58,777 nt of DNA from Deferribacterales bacterium UBA4806 (GCA_002402635.1 DHGE01000167.1:9241-68017); one strand, 5' to 3'. Positions 11,343-22,128 are shown, counted from the first letter of the stretch. Notes: a model not told the origin generated them from the sequence alone. Numbers and translations are program-made.

Positions 11343-12452
11343 TTAATTGAGAATTGTTAATTCCTTAGTTGATTTAGTTAATATTTTAAATCTATCCTTT
11401 ACAAGAATATCATCTTCTATACGTATACCAATTTTATTATCAATATATATACCTGGTTCAATAGTAAAAATCATGCCATTCATCAATATATCATCATTTT
11501 CTGCTGTTATATAAGGTTCTTCGTGAATATCTAGACCTATACCATGTCCAGTTCTGTGGGTAAAACAATCTCCATAACCGTAACTCTCTATTAAATCTCT
11601 TGCAGCCAAGTCAATATCTTTTATAGTCACACCCTCTTTTACTGCCTCCACTGCTTTAAGTTGAGCCTCTTTTACAATATTATAAATCTTTTTTGCTTCA
11701 CTATCGGGTTCACCAATAAAAATTGTTCTTGTTATATCAGAACAATAGTTATTATAAATGGCACCAAAATCAAGAACAATAGAATCACCCCTTCTCGCAA
11801 TTCTATCAGTAGGTATATGATGGGGGTTGGATGCATTTTCTGAAATAGCAACTATTGTTTCAAATGAAGGTCCTCTTGATCCTAAAGTCTTCATCATATA
11901 ATCTATTAAAGCAGCAATTTCTATTTCACTTTTACCCGTTAATGATTCCTTACATAAATTTTTAAAGGTTTCATCCACTAAAAAAGCTGCTTTCATTATG
12001 TTTGATATTTCATCATTACTTTTTATCAGGCGACTTTTATTTATAAGAGAATCTATATAGAGTGTACTGTTAACTTTCATAATTTTTTTTATATTTTCAT
12101 ATACATAGCATGGTAGAGATTTTTCAACATATAAATTTATGCCTATACCAGGCAATATAATATCATTGAGACAACATTCAAAAATCGAAAAGGGATTTTC
12201 AACATCTGAATAAAAATAATATTTCTTATAATCCGTACAATCTAGTTCTTTCTCATATAGTTTTGAAGCAATTAAATATGTGTAATTGTTCTTAACATCA
12301 ATTAAATAAAAAAAAGGTCTCTCTAATGTCAATATAATATCAATCCCTGTTAGATAATATAAATTTTTCCCTGGAGTTAAAAGGATCAATGCGTTGTTAT
12401 CATTTATTTCATTTAATATTATTTCTTTACGAGTTAAATTCAAAATTATCAT
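11343..12452 (-). CDS. M24 family Xaa-Pro peptidase (aminopeptidase P/prolidase)
   Basis: PHH, DFGA..SDITRT, HRTGHGIGLDIHEEP, TIEPGIY, GIRIEDD metal-binding motifs; creatinase-like N-terminal domain. Confidence 0.93.
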   Translation of the reverse strand: MIILNLTRKEIILNEINDNNALILLTPGKNLYYLTGIDIILTLERPFFYLIDVKNNYTYLIASKLYEKELDCTDYKKYYFYSDVENPFSIFECCLNDIILPGIGINLYVEKSLPCYVYENIKKIMKVNSTLYIDSLINKSRLIKSNDEISNIMKAAFLVDETFKNLCKESLTGKSEIEIAALIDYMMKTLGSRGPSFETIVAISENASNPHHIPTDRIARRGDSIVLDFGAIYNNYCSDITRTIFIGEPDSEAKKIYNIVKEAQLKAVEAVKEGVTIKDIDLAARDLIESYGYGDCFTHRTGHGIGLDIHEEPYITAENDDILMNGMIFTIEPGIYIDNKIGIRIEDDILVKDRFKILTKSTKELTILN

Positions 12453-13416
12453 CTCCTTGAAAAAACTTTACAATCTCATCCTTATCAAAAATTTCTTGAA
12501 CTACTCCTTTATATCTCACTTCTTTTTTACCATCTTTTATTATTTTGCCAATCTCAAATACCTCTATACCATTATTTTTCAATACATCTTTTAAATCTTT
12601 TTTAGCAGTCGTAATTGCAAGTGTACCCGCAGTTATTAATCCTAAAGGATCAATGCCTAGAGAATCACATAATATTTTACACTCTGGTATTATAGGAAAA
12701 TAATCTATATCTATTGAAACATCTGATGCTTCAGCAATTTCATATAGTCCATTTATAAGACCACCTTCTGTTATATCATGCATAGCATTCGACATTGTTC
12801 TAGCAATTCTGGCTTCATCTAATACAGATAACTTGCTTTTATAGGAAATACATTTTTTATAAAATTCTAAACCATATTGTTCAATTATTTCTTTTGATTT
12901 TAATTCAGCAATTATTGAAGTGCCCTCCACACTAACACCCTTTGTCACTATTAATATATCTCCATCTTTTGCGTTAAAGGCTCCTCTTAGCTCCTCTTTC
13001 TTGCATTTCCCTACCATAAAACCGCAAATTACTGGGTTATTAACTATTTTATTAATTTCAGTATGGCCACCACCAAAATTAATCTTAAATTTTTCACATT
13101 CCTTTTTTATTTCATCCATAATGTCTTCAAAACTATTTTGTTCAAAACCAATTGGTAGTATTATTGTGCATAAAAAGAACCAGGGGTCTCCACCCATCGC
13201 TGCTATATCATTAACATTCACATTAACACAATATCCCCCTGATGCTACATAAGTAACCGGGTCTGATGTAACAACAATGAAATCATTGCCATTATCAAAA
13301 ACTGCACAATCTAAACCTATCCCTGGCCCTTTAATCAGCGTATTATCTGAAAAGGAGAATTTCTTTATAACACTTTCCAAAACACTATAGGGAAGCTTAC
13401 CTTCACCAATTATCAT
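12427..13416 (-). CDS. AIR synthase (PurM)-superfamily protein, HypE/ThiL-like
   Basis: GIGLDCAV, TSDP, VNDIAAMGG, GGHTE, MHDITEGG motifs. Confidence 0.85.
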   Translation of the reverse strand: MIIGEGKLPYSVLESVIKKFSFSDNTLIKGPGIGLDCAVFDNGNDFIVVTSDPVTYVASGGYCVNVNVNDIAAMGGDPWFFLCTIILPIGFEQNSFEDIMDEIKKECEKFKINFGGGHTEINKIVNNPVICGFMVGKCKKEELRGAFNAKDGDILIVTKGVSVEGTSIIAELKSKEIIEQYGLEFYKKCISYKSKLSVLDEARIARTMSNAMHDITEGGLINGLYEIAEASDVSIDIDYFPIIPECKILCDSLGIDPLGLITAGTLAITTAKKDLKDVLKNNGIEVFEIGKIIKDGKKEVRYKGVVQEIFDKDEIVKFFQGDDNFEFNS

Positions 13417-13509
13417 CGGTATACAAAAACTCCATCAACAATATATTTATCTATAGCATATATTATTTTCTAAAAAACTAATATGGCATCTTTCAGCACT
13501 TTAGAGAAA

Positions 13510-13549
13510 TTTGGTCAGAATTGCTAGGAAGTTAACAATTCTGACCAAA
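13510..13549 (-). terminator. Stem-loop, probable terminator, downstream of the PPi-type pfk
   Basis: Perfect 14-bp inverted repeat TTTGGTCAGAATTG..CAATTCTGACCAAA 3 nt after the stop; pyrimidine-rich tail on the minus strand. Confidence 0.75.
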
Positions 13550-13552
13550 CTA

Positions 13553-14587
13553 TTATCCAAAAAATAGTTTAGATATATTATATATTTCCATATCAACTGT
13601 TTTTAGCTCTTTTACAGCTTCATCGAGGGGCACTTCAATAATTTTATTACCAGATAATGCACACATACAACCAAATTTTGATTTTTTTATTAAATCATAA
13701 GCCTTAACCCCAAATCTAGTACCAAGGACTCTATCAAAGGCTGTAGGAGAACCTCCTCTTTGAATATGTCCAAGAACTGTAACTCTTACATCATATTTTA
13801 ACTTATTTTTCAATATTTCACCAAGTGCATTCCCTATTCCACCTAATTTTATATGACCAAATTCGTCTAACTCTTTTTCCTGAACATAATAAGTATCATC
13901 TTTAAAGGTAGCACCTTCAGCAACTACTATTATACTAAAATTTTTCCCTCTTTTATGTCTTTTTCTTATAGATTCTATAACTTCCTCAATATCTATTGGG
14001 ATTTCAGGAACTAGTATATAATCTGCTCCTCCAGCCATTCCACCATATGTTGCAATCCATCCTGCGTGCCTTCCCATAACTTCAACGACCATTATTCTGT
14101 TATGAGATTCCGCTGTTGTGTGTAACCTGTCAAGACATTCAGTAACTATATTGACAGCTGTATCAAATCCAAAGGTAAAATCTGTAGCAGAAAGATCATT
14201 ATCAATTGTTTTAGGAACTCCAACAACATTCAATTTCCTTTCTTTATATAGTTTGTTTGCAACCCCAAGGGTATCTTCACCTCCTATAGCCACTAAAGCA
14301 TCAAGACCTAATTCTTTAAAATTTTTTTCGATATTTGAAGGGCCATTTTCATCTTTGTATGGGTTCGTTCTTGATGTCCCTAAAATTGTGCCTCCTCTTG
14401 GTAAAATTCCTGAAATTTTCTGTAAGGTTAACTCCTCCACTTCCTTATTCAATAACCCTTTCCAGCCATACCTTATACCAACAACATTATCACCATTGTT
14501 TATAGCCTGCCTAACTACTGCTCTGATTACAGGGTTCAACCCTGGGCAATCTCCTCCACCAGTTAAAATACCTATCTTCATGCTCAC
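13553..14587 (-). CDS. pfp: Phosphofructokinase, group III, probably pyrophosphate-dependent
   Basis: TGGGDCPG, GGEDT (Asp at the donor-specificity position), PKTIDND, MGR, LGHIQRGG. Confidence 0.85.
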   Translation of the reverse strand: MSMKIGILTGGGDCPGLNPVIRAVVRQAINNGDNVVGIRYGWKGLLNKEVEELTLQKISGILPRGGTILGTSRTNPYKDENGPSNIEKNFKELGLDALVAIGGEDTLGVANKLYKERKLNVVGVPKTIDNDLSATDFTFGFDTAVNIVTECLDRLHTTAESHNRIMVVEVMGRHAGWIATYGGMAGGADYILVPEIPIDIEEVIESIRKRHKRGKNFSIIVVAEGATFKDDTYYVQEKELDEFGHIKLGGIGNALGEILKNKLKYDVRVTVLGHIQRGGSPTAFDRVLGTRFGVKAYDLIKKSKFGCMCALSGNKIIEVPLDEAVKELKTVDMEIYNISKLFFG

Positions 14588-14693
14588 CTCCTAATAGACC
14601 TATGTAAACATATTAAATCATTTTTGGATTAAAAACTTTTAAAATAATATATACTTTTTATATATAAGCAATAAAAAAATATAATACTATTTT

Positions 14694-17315
14694 CTAAGTT
14701 TTTGTTTTATTTTTGTAACTTTCTTTATCAGTTACTTGTGCTTTTAAAGCTCTTTCAGTGTCTGCTTTCCTTTCCATTATTGTTCTTTTAGCCTCATCTG
14801 GCAAATCCATTGATAATGCTTTGTCTGCAATATCTAATACATAGGGCTCAACTATTGTGGAAGGATATAAACCGTTAGTAATTGTTAAAGCTTCATCTGC
14901 TGTTCTATATTTCCATGCATACTCAATTGCCTCCCCATAAATTTCAGCAAAGGGTTTTAAAAGTTCATCCTGTCCTGTTACATAAAACCCATCAATTAAT
15001 GCTGACATATCATAATTATCAACTCCTTTATCTTCTAATATACTTTTCCATGTCCATAGTTTTTTTTCGTAATTAGGTAGTGCTGCTTTTGCAGTTAAAG
15101 CATATCTTTTTGTAAAATCATTTAGACTTTTTTGTAATTCACTGTCTATGAAAGCCTCATCAATTACACCTTTAGATGCTAGCTGTATAACAATTTGCCA
15201 CCTTTTATCCTCATCAAGATTTATACCATTAATATTTTTCTCACCATTTAAGATTTCATTTAGGTAATTTAAGGAACCTTGCGACTCAGCTGTATTGACA
15301 AATGTATTAAACCAGGATAATTTAATTTCACTATTTTTATTCGATTCCATTATATTTTTTGATTTATTATAAATCTTTTCGACGTATAGAGTTCTATTAT
15401 TCTTGCTAGCATATTGATTTAATACAGTAAGTGTTCTACTCAATAACGTTTGTAAAACAGTAGGATCTTCCTCTGCATCTATATGATTGAGTATTATATC
15501 TGTCCATTTCCCACTACTTAATTCGGCATCTCTAACTGCATCCCATAGAATGTTCCAACCCATTGTTCTAATCAAATCATCTTCTATTTGTGACAATGTA
15601 TTAATTGTATTGTTTAAACTTATGTTATCCAATTTTACTTTAGCATAAGCATAATCATCATAATTTGGCATAATAATATAGGGGGCTCTCCTTCTTTCCA
15701 ATGTATCAATTAATTGTTTATTATTAGAAATATTTACTTTCACCTTATCAACTAAGCTAATTGTATCATTTTTAAAATCCAAAAGTCCAACATCCATAGT
15801 TATATTTCTAAAAATGCCACTTGAATTGTCCTTTTCCTGCAATAGACTAACATTATTTAAACATTTGCCCATTTCACAATCTATATAATTTGTATTCAAC
15901 CTAACCTTATTAACGCCTGAAGTTTCAAGCCATTCATAACTCCAACTAGACAAGTCCTTGCCACTTGCAATTTCCAATTCTCCAATAAAATCAGATAATG
16001 TCGGGTTGGTATATGCATATTTTTGTAAGTAATTCTTTATGCCATTAAAAAAAGTATCCTCTCCGACTATAGCAACAAGCTGCTTTAATACAGAACCACC
16101 TTTGTTATATGTAATGGAATCAAAGGCTACCCTTGTTGCATTAGTATCAGGCACCTCCGATGAAATAGGATGGGTAGTAGGCATTTCATCCTGCACATAG
16201 GCACCATATTTTGTTTTTATGCTAAAAAGCGCCCACGCATTTTTAAATTCCGTCACATTTTCGATAGCAAATGGGGACATATATGTTGCAAGAGATTCAT
16301 TAAGCCATAAATCACTCCACCATTTCATTGTCACTAAATCGCCAAACCACATGTGACTCATTTCATGTAAAAAAACATCAGCTCTTGCAAATCTTCGAGC
16401 ATTTGTTACTTCAGTTCTAAATATATAAGCCTCATTATATGTTATACACCCAACGTTTTCCATGCCCCCTGCATTAAATCCAGGAACAAATATTTGATCA
16501 TATTTATCAAAAGGATAGGGTGTCTGTAATTTATTTTCATAAAAAGCAAGTCCATCTTTTGTTAATTTAAAAAGTTCATTATGATCTACGTACTTCAAGA
16601 GAGACCTTCTTGCATATATCCCAAGGTCTATATCTTTATATTTATCAGTAAATCCTTTATAATTACCCGCTACGATAGCTGTTAAATATGTTGATATTTT
16701 ATCGGTTTTTGCAAATTCCCATATGCCACTATTATACTCACCATTCATACTATCAGGTTTCTTTATTGGCTTGCTATTAGAAATTACAATAAACCCTTTA
16801 GGGGCATTAACCTTCATTTCAAAGGAAGCTTTAATATCTGGTTGGTCAAAACAGGCAAAAACCTTATGTGCATCAAATGGCTCAAATTGAGTATGCAGGT
16901 AAACCATTTTATCAACAGGATCAATAAATTTATGTAAACCTACACCAGTATTTTGATATTTGCACACTCCTTTAACTATTACTTTATTATGTGGTTTTAA
17001 GGGAGAAAGCAAAATTCTGTAATTATCGTAGTTATTAACTGATATTGTTTCGCCATTTAATTCAATACTTAAAATTTTATTCCCATCAAAGTTTAAAAAG
17101 GTCTCGTTGCCATTTTTTGCATCAAATTCAATTTCACTACTACATAAAAATGAATCTAAGCCATTATCTAAATCTAGATAAATCTTGTAACTAACATTTG
17201 AAACAGTCTCAGCACGCTCTAAAGCCTCTGAATATAATAGATTGTCATCAGAAAAGGAATTATCAACTAGCATAAACACTATAAATAAATATATAAAAAA
17301 CATTCTTATGATCAT
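14694..17315 (-). CDS. pepN: Aminopeptidase N (M1 family) with N-terminal signal peptide
   Basis: GGMEN, HEMSH-x18-E zinc motif, FDSITYNKG, ERAP1-like C-terminal domain; hydrophobic N-terminus. Confidence 0.93.
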   Translation of the reverse strand: MIIRMFFIYLFIVFMLVDNSFSDDNLLYSEALERAETVSNVSYKIYLDLDNGLDSFLCSSEIEFDAKNGNETFLNFDGNKILSIELNGETISVNNYDNYRILLSPLKPHNKVIVKGVCKYQNTGVGLHKFIDPVDKMVYLHTQFEPFDAHKVFACFDQPDIKASFEMKVNAPKGFIVISNSKPIKKPDSMNGEYNSGIWEFAKTDKISTYLTAIVAGNYKGFTDKYKDIDLGIYARRSLLKYVDHNELFKLTKDGLAFYENKLQTPYPFDKYDQIFVPGFNAGGMENVGCITYNEAYIFRTEVTNARRFARADVFLHEMSHMWFGDLVTMKWWSDLWLNESLATYMSPFAIENVTEFKNAWALFSIKTKYGAYVQDEMPTTHPISSEVPDTNATRVAFDSITYNKGGSVLKQLVAIVGEDTFFNGIKNYLQKYAYTNPTLSDFIGELEIASGKDLSSWSYEWLETSGVNKVRLNTNYIDCEMGKCLNNVSLLQEKDNSSGIFRNITMDVGLLDFKNDTISLVDKVKVNISNNKQLIDTLERRRAPYIIMPNYDDYAYAKVKLDNISLNNTINTLSQIEDDLIRTMGWNILWDAVRDAELSSGKWTDIILNHIDAEEDPTVLQTLLSRTLTVLNQYASKNNRTLYVEKIYNKSKNIMESNKNSEIKLSWFNTFVNTAESQGSLNYLNEILNGEKNINGINLDEDKRWQIVIQLASKGVIDEAFIDSELQKSLNDFTKRYALTAKAALPNYEKKLWTWKSILEDKGVDNYDMSALIDGFYVTGQDELLKPFAEIYGEAIEYAWKYRTADEALTITNGLYPSTIVEPYVLDIADKALSMDLPDEAKRTIMERKADTERALKAQVTDKESYKNKTKT

Positions 17316-17336
17316 ACATGTCTCCTCACCACATCA

Positions 17337-18167
17337 CTATTGCTTAATACCTTTATCTCGTTTTACAGGCATGGGTAAATATTCAACTGTTGGCAATTTT
17401 TTAACTGGTTGAGGAAATAGGTTCATCAAATCTAATATAATTCTTGGCATTTCAGATGAAACATTCAGTCCTAATGATTTTGCTTCTTCAAAAGTTATAG
17501 GGTAATCATGAGTCCACTTACCTTCTGTAAGTTTTTTTGCAATATTACTGGATTTTTCCTCATCAAAATTATCAATTAATAGATCGTGAATACTCTTTTC
17601 TACCTGTTTTAATGCCTTTTCACCAATATCAGCCATAATCAATGTATTATCATCAATTTCACTGATAGGTTTTTCTTTAACTACCTTTAATAGAGATACT
17701 GCTGGATATTTATCTATTTGTGGATCAACTGGACCAAGGACTGCAGTATCACACATAACTATTTCATCAGCTGCCAAAGCAATTAACGTCCCTCCACTCA
17801 TAGCATAGTGTGGTACAAAAACAGTAACCTTACCTTTATGTTTGTTTAATGCCATTGCAATCTGAAGGGAAGCTAAAACAAGGCCCCCTGGTGTATGAAT
17901 AATTATATCAATGGGTGTTTCATCGTCAGTTAATTGAATAGCTCTAATTATTTCCTCAGAGTCTTGTATATCAATGTACCTCATCAGTGGAAATCCAAGA
18001 AAATTCATGCTCTCCTGTCTGTGGACAAGTAATATTACCCTGGAGCCCCTTTCTTTCTGTAATTTTACAATTAACTTGCGTCTGGCGCCCTCTAACATTT
18101 TTTGCCTGAGCAAAGGCTGTAGTGCTAAGATGATTAAAAATATCCAGAAAATATCAAAAAAGTTCAT
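17337..18167 (-). CDS. SDH-family Clp-fold serine protease (DUF114-type), membrane anchored
   Basis: N-terminal TM; HTPGG, AMSGGT (Ser), LGPVDPQ (Asp), WTHDYPI (His). Confidence 0.88.
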   Translation of the reverse strand: MNFFDIFWIFLIILALQPLLRQKMLEGARRKLIVKLQKERGSRVILLVHRQESMNFLGFPLMRYIDIQDSEEIIRAIQLTDDETPIDIIIHTPGGLVLASLQIAMALNKHKGKVTVFVPHYAMSGGTLIALAADEIVMCDTAVLGPVDPQIDKYPAVSLLKVVKEKPISEIDDNTLIMADIGEKALKQVEKSIHDLLIDNFDEEKSSNIAKKLTEGKWTHDYPITFEEAKSLGLNVSSEMPRIILDLMNLFPQPVKKLPTVEYLPMPVKRDKGIKQ

Positions 18168-18245
18168 AGGTTCACCTCATAAAGATAGGCTATTTTATAC
18201 AATTATTTAATTAATAACAATCTGGTTTTGCACATCATTATTTTT

Positions 18246-19394
18246 TTAAGATTCATATCTAGTATTTAATTTGCTACCAATAAGGCCCATTCTATAATAA
18301 AGCAATAAATCTATAAAGTTTTTCTTATGAATAGGATTACTATCAAATTTAAAAAGATGACCACCACAATTACAATCTGAAGAACCAAAATTGATAACTT
18401 GCCTTTCTGCTATATTTTTAATATCCCTTGCAATAGTGCATTCTAAAACAATTTCACTTCTTATAGGAAGTGCATATAGAAGCCTTGCTTCTTTCAATAA
18501 ATAGTCTATATGCCAAAACAATTTTTTATTTTTTCTTTTATGTCTATTTATCCTCTGGTTGAGGTTTATCATAGCAGAACCTACATATATGTAATAGCCT
18601 ACTTCAAAGTAAATATAGCCAAGGTGCCCAATATTAATTTCTTTATTTTCATTTATATATATAATTAAAAGGTAACTACCGCTATTAACGAGTTTTCTTT
18701 TTAACATATCCCATGGGATGCTTAGATTTCGAACTTCAATTGATTTTTTTGAAATCATAAAATTTTGGATACTAATTGCCTTAACTATTATGTTATTCCT
18801 ATTTTTGTATAACGATTCAGCAAATTCAATATCTACATTAAATTCTGGTAGGAAAAAATTAGCTAATGGTGAGTAAACAACAAACAATATGGCCCCTTTA
18901 ATACCCTGTTTGTGTAATTCGGCAAGTTCTTCTACATGTCTTTTAGCTCTTTCTGAAGGTGCATCAGGAAACATTGCCAAATCGTTAAAAAATAGAGTAC
19001 ATGATTTTACTTCTAGTATTAATTTTTCTTTTCCCTTCTCCAGCAAAAAATCAAACCGGCTGTTATTAGCAGAAAACTCCTTCCTTTGAATAGTATAATC
19101 TTCCAAAAAGTCTATTTTTTTATTCTCTATTAAAGTTTTTGCAACTTTGTTATTATAATGAGTATCTAAAAGGACCATAGAATTCTTAGATTTAACAGCC
19201 ACCGCATGATATTGGAATCTTTTGAAGTCCCTCTTTTTTGTTAATAGGACTTCACTGCCATCTTGAAGTAGTTCCCATAACCTCCCTGGATTTGGAAGAT
19301 ATGCCTGCACAAACTTATCATTAACAGTGCATTCAATTACAAATCTGTTAATCCTTCTATGAAAGAAAGATGTAACTAAGTCTTTACTAATCAC
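18246..19394 (-). CDS. sfsA: SfsA PD-(D/E)xK nuclease fused to a C-terminal DUF123/GIY-YIG domain
   Basis: RINRF, PNPGRL, RFDF..LEVKSCTL, FPDAPSERAKRH (SfsA), then GSYLL..GYYIYVGSA..RINRH..WHIDYL..FGSSDCNC.HL (GIY-YIG-like). Confidence 0.88.
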   Translation of the reverse strand: MISKDLVTSFFHRRINRFVIECTVNDKFVQAYLPNPGRLWELLQDGSEVLLTKKRDFKRFQYHAVAVKSKNSMVLLDTHYNNKVAKTLIENKKIDFLEDYTIQRKEFSANNSRFDFLLEKGKEKLILEVKSCTLFFNDLAMFPDAPSERAKRHVEELAELHKQGIKGAILFVVYSPLANFFLPEFNVDIEFAESLYKNRNNIIVKAISIQNFMISKKSIEVRNLSIPWDMLKRKLVNSGSYLLIIYINENKEINIGHLGYIYFEVGYYIYVGSAMINLNQRINRHKRKNKKLFWHIDYLLKEARLLYALPIRSEIVLECTIARDIKNIAERQVINFGSSDCNCGGHLFKFDSNPIHKKNFIDLLLYYRMGLIGSKLNTRYES

Positions 19395-22120
19395 TGTGCA
19401 AAATCAGCATAGATTACATTAAATAACAATTTAAAGGTTGCATGGGGTTGCCCACGGTGTATGATATCAAAGGCTGTTAGGATAACATGTCCTTCCCCCA
19501 ATGGAACATCAAGTATTGCTGGTTTGCCTGCAATGATACTCTCGCCTTCCATCCACCCTGAAGCTAAAATCTCATCAGGATTGGATGGCCAAGTTGCTAA
19601 AACTTTAGGCCCCTTTTCTAACACTTCAAAGGTGGCACTATTCTTAAAATAACCATAGGTTTGACCAGCATATCCTGACAATAATGGATTATTTACTTTA
19701 TTGATTACTAAATTTAAAACAGAGCCTGGGCAATAAAACTCTTCCTCTGGGAGATTTTTAAGAATATTAATTACTGGAATCTTAAATCCTTCAATGGCTA
19801 AATCAGTTGCTTTATCAATTAACAATAAAGTACCCCCATCTTTTACAAAATTTTTGAGATTCTCTACACCTTTATTCCCTATTCCACCTATATATTTTTC
19901 TGGATAATTTTCTTCTTGTCCATTTAATATATTTTTATATGATTCACTTCCAAAAATAATAACATCATAGTGTTTCTTCAAATCTGGTAGCTTTAAACTA
20001 CTATTGTAAATTTTTTTATATTCAAATTCATTTGAATCAAGAACAAAACTTGTCCACCCTGTAGGGTAATTAGCATTATAACTCTCATATAACGCCACTC
20101 TTTTTTTACTTACAAAACTTAAAGTTAGGTGGTTTATATTTTCAAATCCATAAAAATTAATTGCTAATTCATGAGCTAACATTTCTAAATATTTATAATT
20201 GATCTTATCAGCAGGTACAACATATGAATTAGGTGGAAATATTTTATCTAATATTTTAACATTCTTTGTTGTCTTATATAGATTAATATCTTCTTTAAAC
20301 AGTCTATTAACTACAATTGCAAAATTGCTATCATCTGGAGTAAATATATACCCTCCATCATGGCCTGCTACACCAACAACTTGTCCCACAGGCTTTAGTC
20401 CAATTTTTTCTAGTTTCTTTAAAAACTTTATTCTTCTGTTCCGAGGAGTATCTTGGAATCTAGCAGATTTTTCTATTGTTGGCTCAATTTTCTCAAGTTC
20501 AGTCATCAAAAAAGCAGGGAAAGGCTGATTCAATTCTTTCGCTTTAATATCCATCTGTTCTAATAAGTTCCACGAAGCAATGTCATATGGAGCCTCAGGA
20601 GGTCCTCCTGGGTATAAAAATCTAGGCGGGTAGCTTTGCTTTTCTAAGAGAGCAAGTATATTTTGCCTTTGTGGGTGCGATAAAAATACAATAAATGAGT
20701 TTGGGGGGTAAGTTTCCCCTTCTACATTTAAAAGACTCTTGACTACATGCAGTTCTATACCCTGAAAATTTAATATCTCCATTAAAGTCAAAACTTTGCC
20801 TCTATCATTTTCATCTATATTAAATATATAACCATAGGGACTATTAGTTCTACCCAACTCTATTGCATCTACATTTCTTTCATAAAATCTTCTGATTAAA
20901 TCTTTTCTATATTTAATAGATACTTCAATAAGGGCCTTCAATGTTTCCCTTTCGTAAGTTGCTATATCAGAACTATGCCAAGTGCCTCCATTCCAGACAT
21001 CTGTGAAATTAATATATCTACCCTTAGTAGTTGGAATTCCCAATCTACCTATTAAATCATCAAAATTAACTTCAATTGGAGTAGCAATATTCACCCTTGC
21101 TGCTTCTGTTAAAATACCAATTTGGTTATGAAAATTTGGTGATGGTCTTAATCCCCCATGCCACCACATATCATAGATTCCATTTGTAACAATTCCTGGT
21201 AAATTGAATTCTGCTAGGTGAGATGAAACAGCTCCTCCTATTAATTCAATATCCCTTATGGTAGTAGAAGGTATCGCTGGATTCGCTGGATCATGAAAAG
21301 GAGGCACAAAAAATCTTGGCCCTGTTGGCCCCATTTCATGAATATCGTAAACAATAACTGGAAAAAGCCTTTTGAACAACTGGGTTGACCAGACTCTCGT
21401 TTCATTTAAATTATTCATAAAATAATCTCTGTTGTTGTCGTGGCCTGCATATTTTTGATATAAATATGGCGGTGTTGTGCCTTCTGATGGGCTTCCTAAA
21501 GTATCCCAATACCAATGTGTAACACTATCTAAGCCATCAGGATTGATTGTAACAGATATTACTAAAATAATTTTATCCATTACCTCTTCAATGTATTCAC
21601 GGTCCATATTCAATATTTCATATATAAATAATGGTGCCATTTGTGTTGCTGTTATTTCATTTGCATGTATAGACAAACCAACAAATAAAATTATTGGTTG
21701 GTTTTCTATTATTTTAAGTACCCTATCTTTAGGCAAATTTCTAGGATCGGCAATTTTTGATTGTTCTAACAGTATTGCTTCTAGATTGTTAATATTTTTT
21801 CGTGAGGAAAGAATAAGCTGATACATATCTTTACCTTCTGTTGAATAACCTACATGTTCCAACAATAGATTTTTTGAATTCTTTGCCAGATATTTATAAT
21901 ATTCTAAAAGCTGTCCATAATTTACTAAAACTCTATCTGCAGTTAATTGAAATCCAAAAAAATCATCTGGCGAAAGTATGTCTATTCTTTTTTGTAATAG
22001 ATTATAGGTAAAACCACCACTTCTTAAAAGATCAACATATTGAAATGAATAGGAATGAGAAGATAATATTGAAATAATAAAAGTTATAAAGATCAATTTC
22101 AAATATACAAATTTATTCAC
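19391..22120 (-). CDS. Secreted M14 zinc carboxypeptidase-family protein with C-terminal class-I glutamine-amidotransferase-like domain
   Basis: Signal peptide; IHANE (HxxE), NPDG, DNNRD, DIHEMG; C-terminal LKNFVKDGGTLL. Confidence 0.87.
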   Translation of the reverse strand: MNKFVYLKLIFITFIISILSSHSYSFQYVDLLRSGGFTYNLLQKRIDILSPDDFFGFQLTADRVLVNYGQLLEYYKYLAKNSKNLLLEHVGYSTEGKDMYQLILSSRKNINNLEAILLEQSKIADPRNLPKDRVLKIIENQPIILFVGLSIHANEITATQMAPLFIYEILNMDREYIEEVMDKIILVISVTINPDGLDSVTHWYWDTLGSPSEGTTPPYLYQKYAGHDNNRDYFMNNLNETRVWSTQLFKRLFPVIVYDIHEMGPTGPRFFVPPFHDPANPAIPSTTIRDIELIGGAVSSHLAEFNLPGIVTNGIYDMWWHGGLRPSPNFHNQIGILTEAARVNIATPIEVNFDDLIGRLGIPTTKGRYINFTDVWNGGTWHSSDIATYERETLKALIEVSIKYRKDLIRRFYERNVDAIELGRTNSPYGYIFNIDENDRGKVLTLMEILNFQGIELHVVKSLLNVEGETYPPNSFIVFLSHPQRQNILALLEKQSYPPRFLYPGGPPEAPYDIASWNLLEQMDIKAKELNQPFPAFLMTELEKIEPTIEKSARFQDTPRNRRIKFLKKLEKIGLKPVGQVVGVAGHDGGYIFTPDDSNFAIVVNRLFKEDINLYKTTKNVKILDKIFPPNSYVVPADKINYKYLEMLAHELAINFYGFENINHLTLSFVSKKRVALYESYNANYPTGWTSFVLDSNEFEYKKIYNSSLKLPDLKKHYDVIIFGSESYKNILNGQEENYPEKYIGGIGNKGVENLKNFVKDGGTLLLIDKATDLAIEGFKIPVINILKNLPEEEFYCPGSVLNLVINKVNNPLLSGYAGQTYGYFKNSATFEVLEKGPKVLATWPSNPDEILASGWMEGESIIAGKPAILDVPLGEGHVILTAFDIIHRGQPHATFKLLFNVIYADFAQ

Positions 22121-22128
22121 TAAAGTTA

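Noticed and set aside
12427..13416. Calling this gene hypE or thiL
   Set aside because: It lacks the HypE C-terminal PRIC motif and any hyp or thi context, so it is left at superfamily level.
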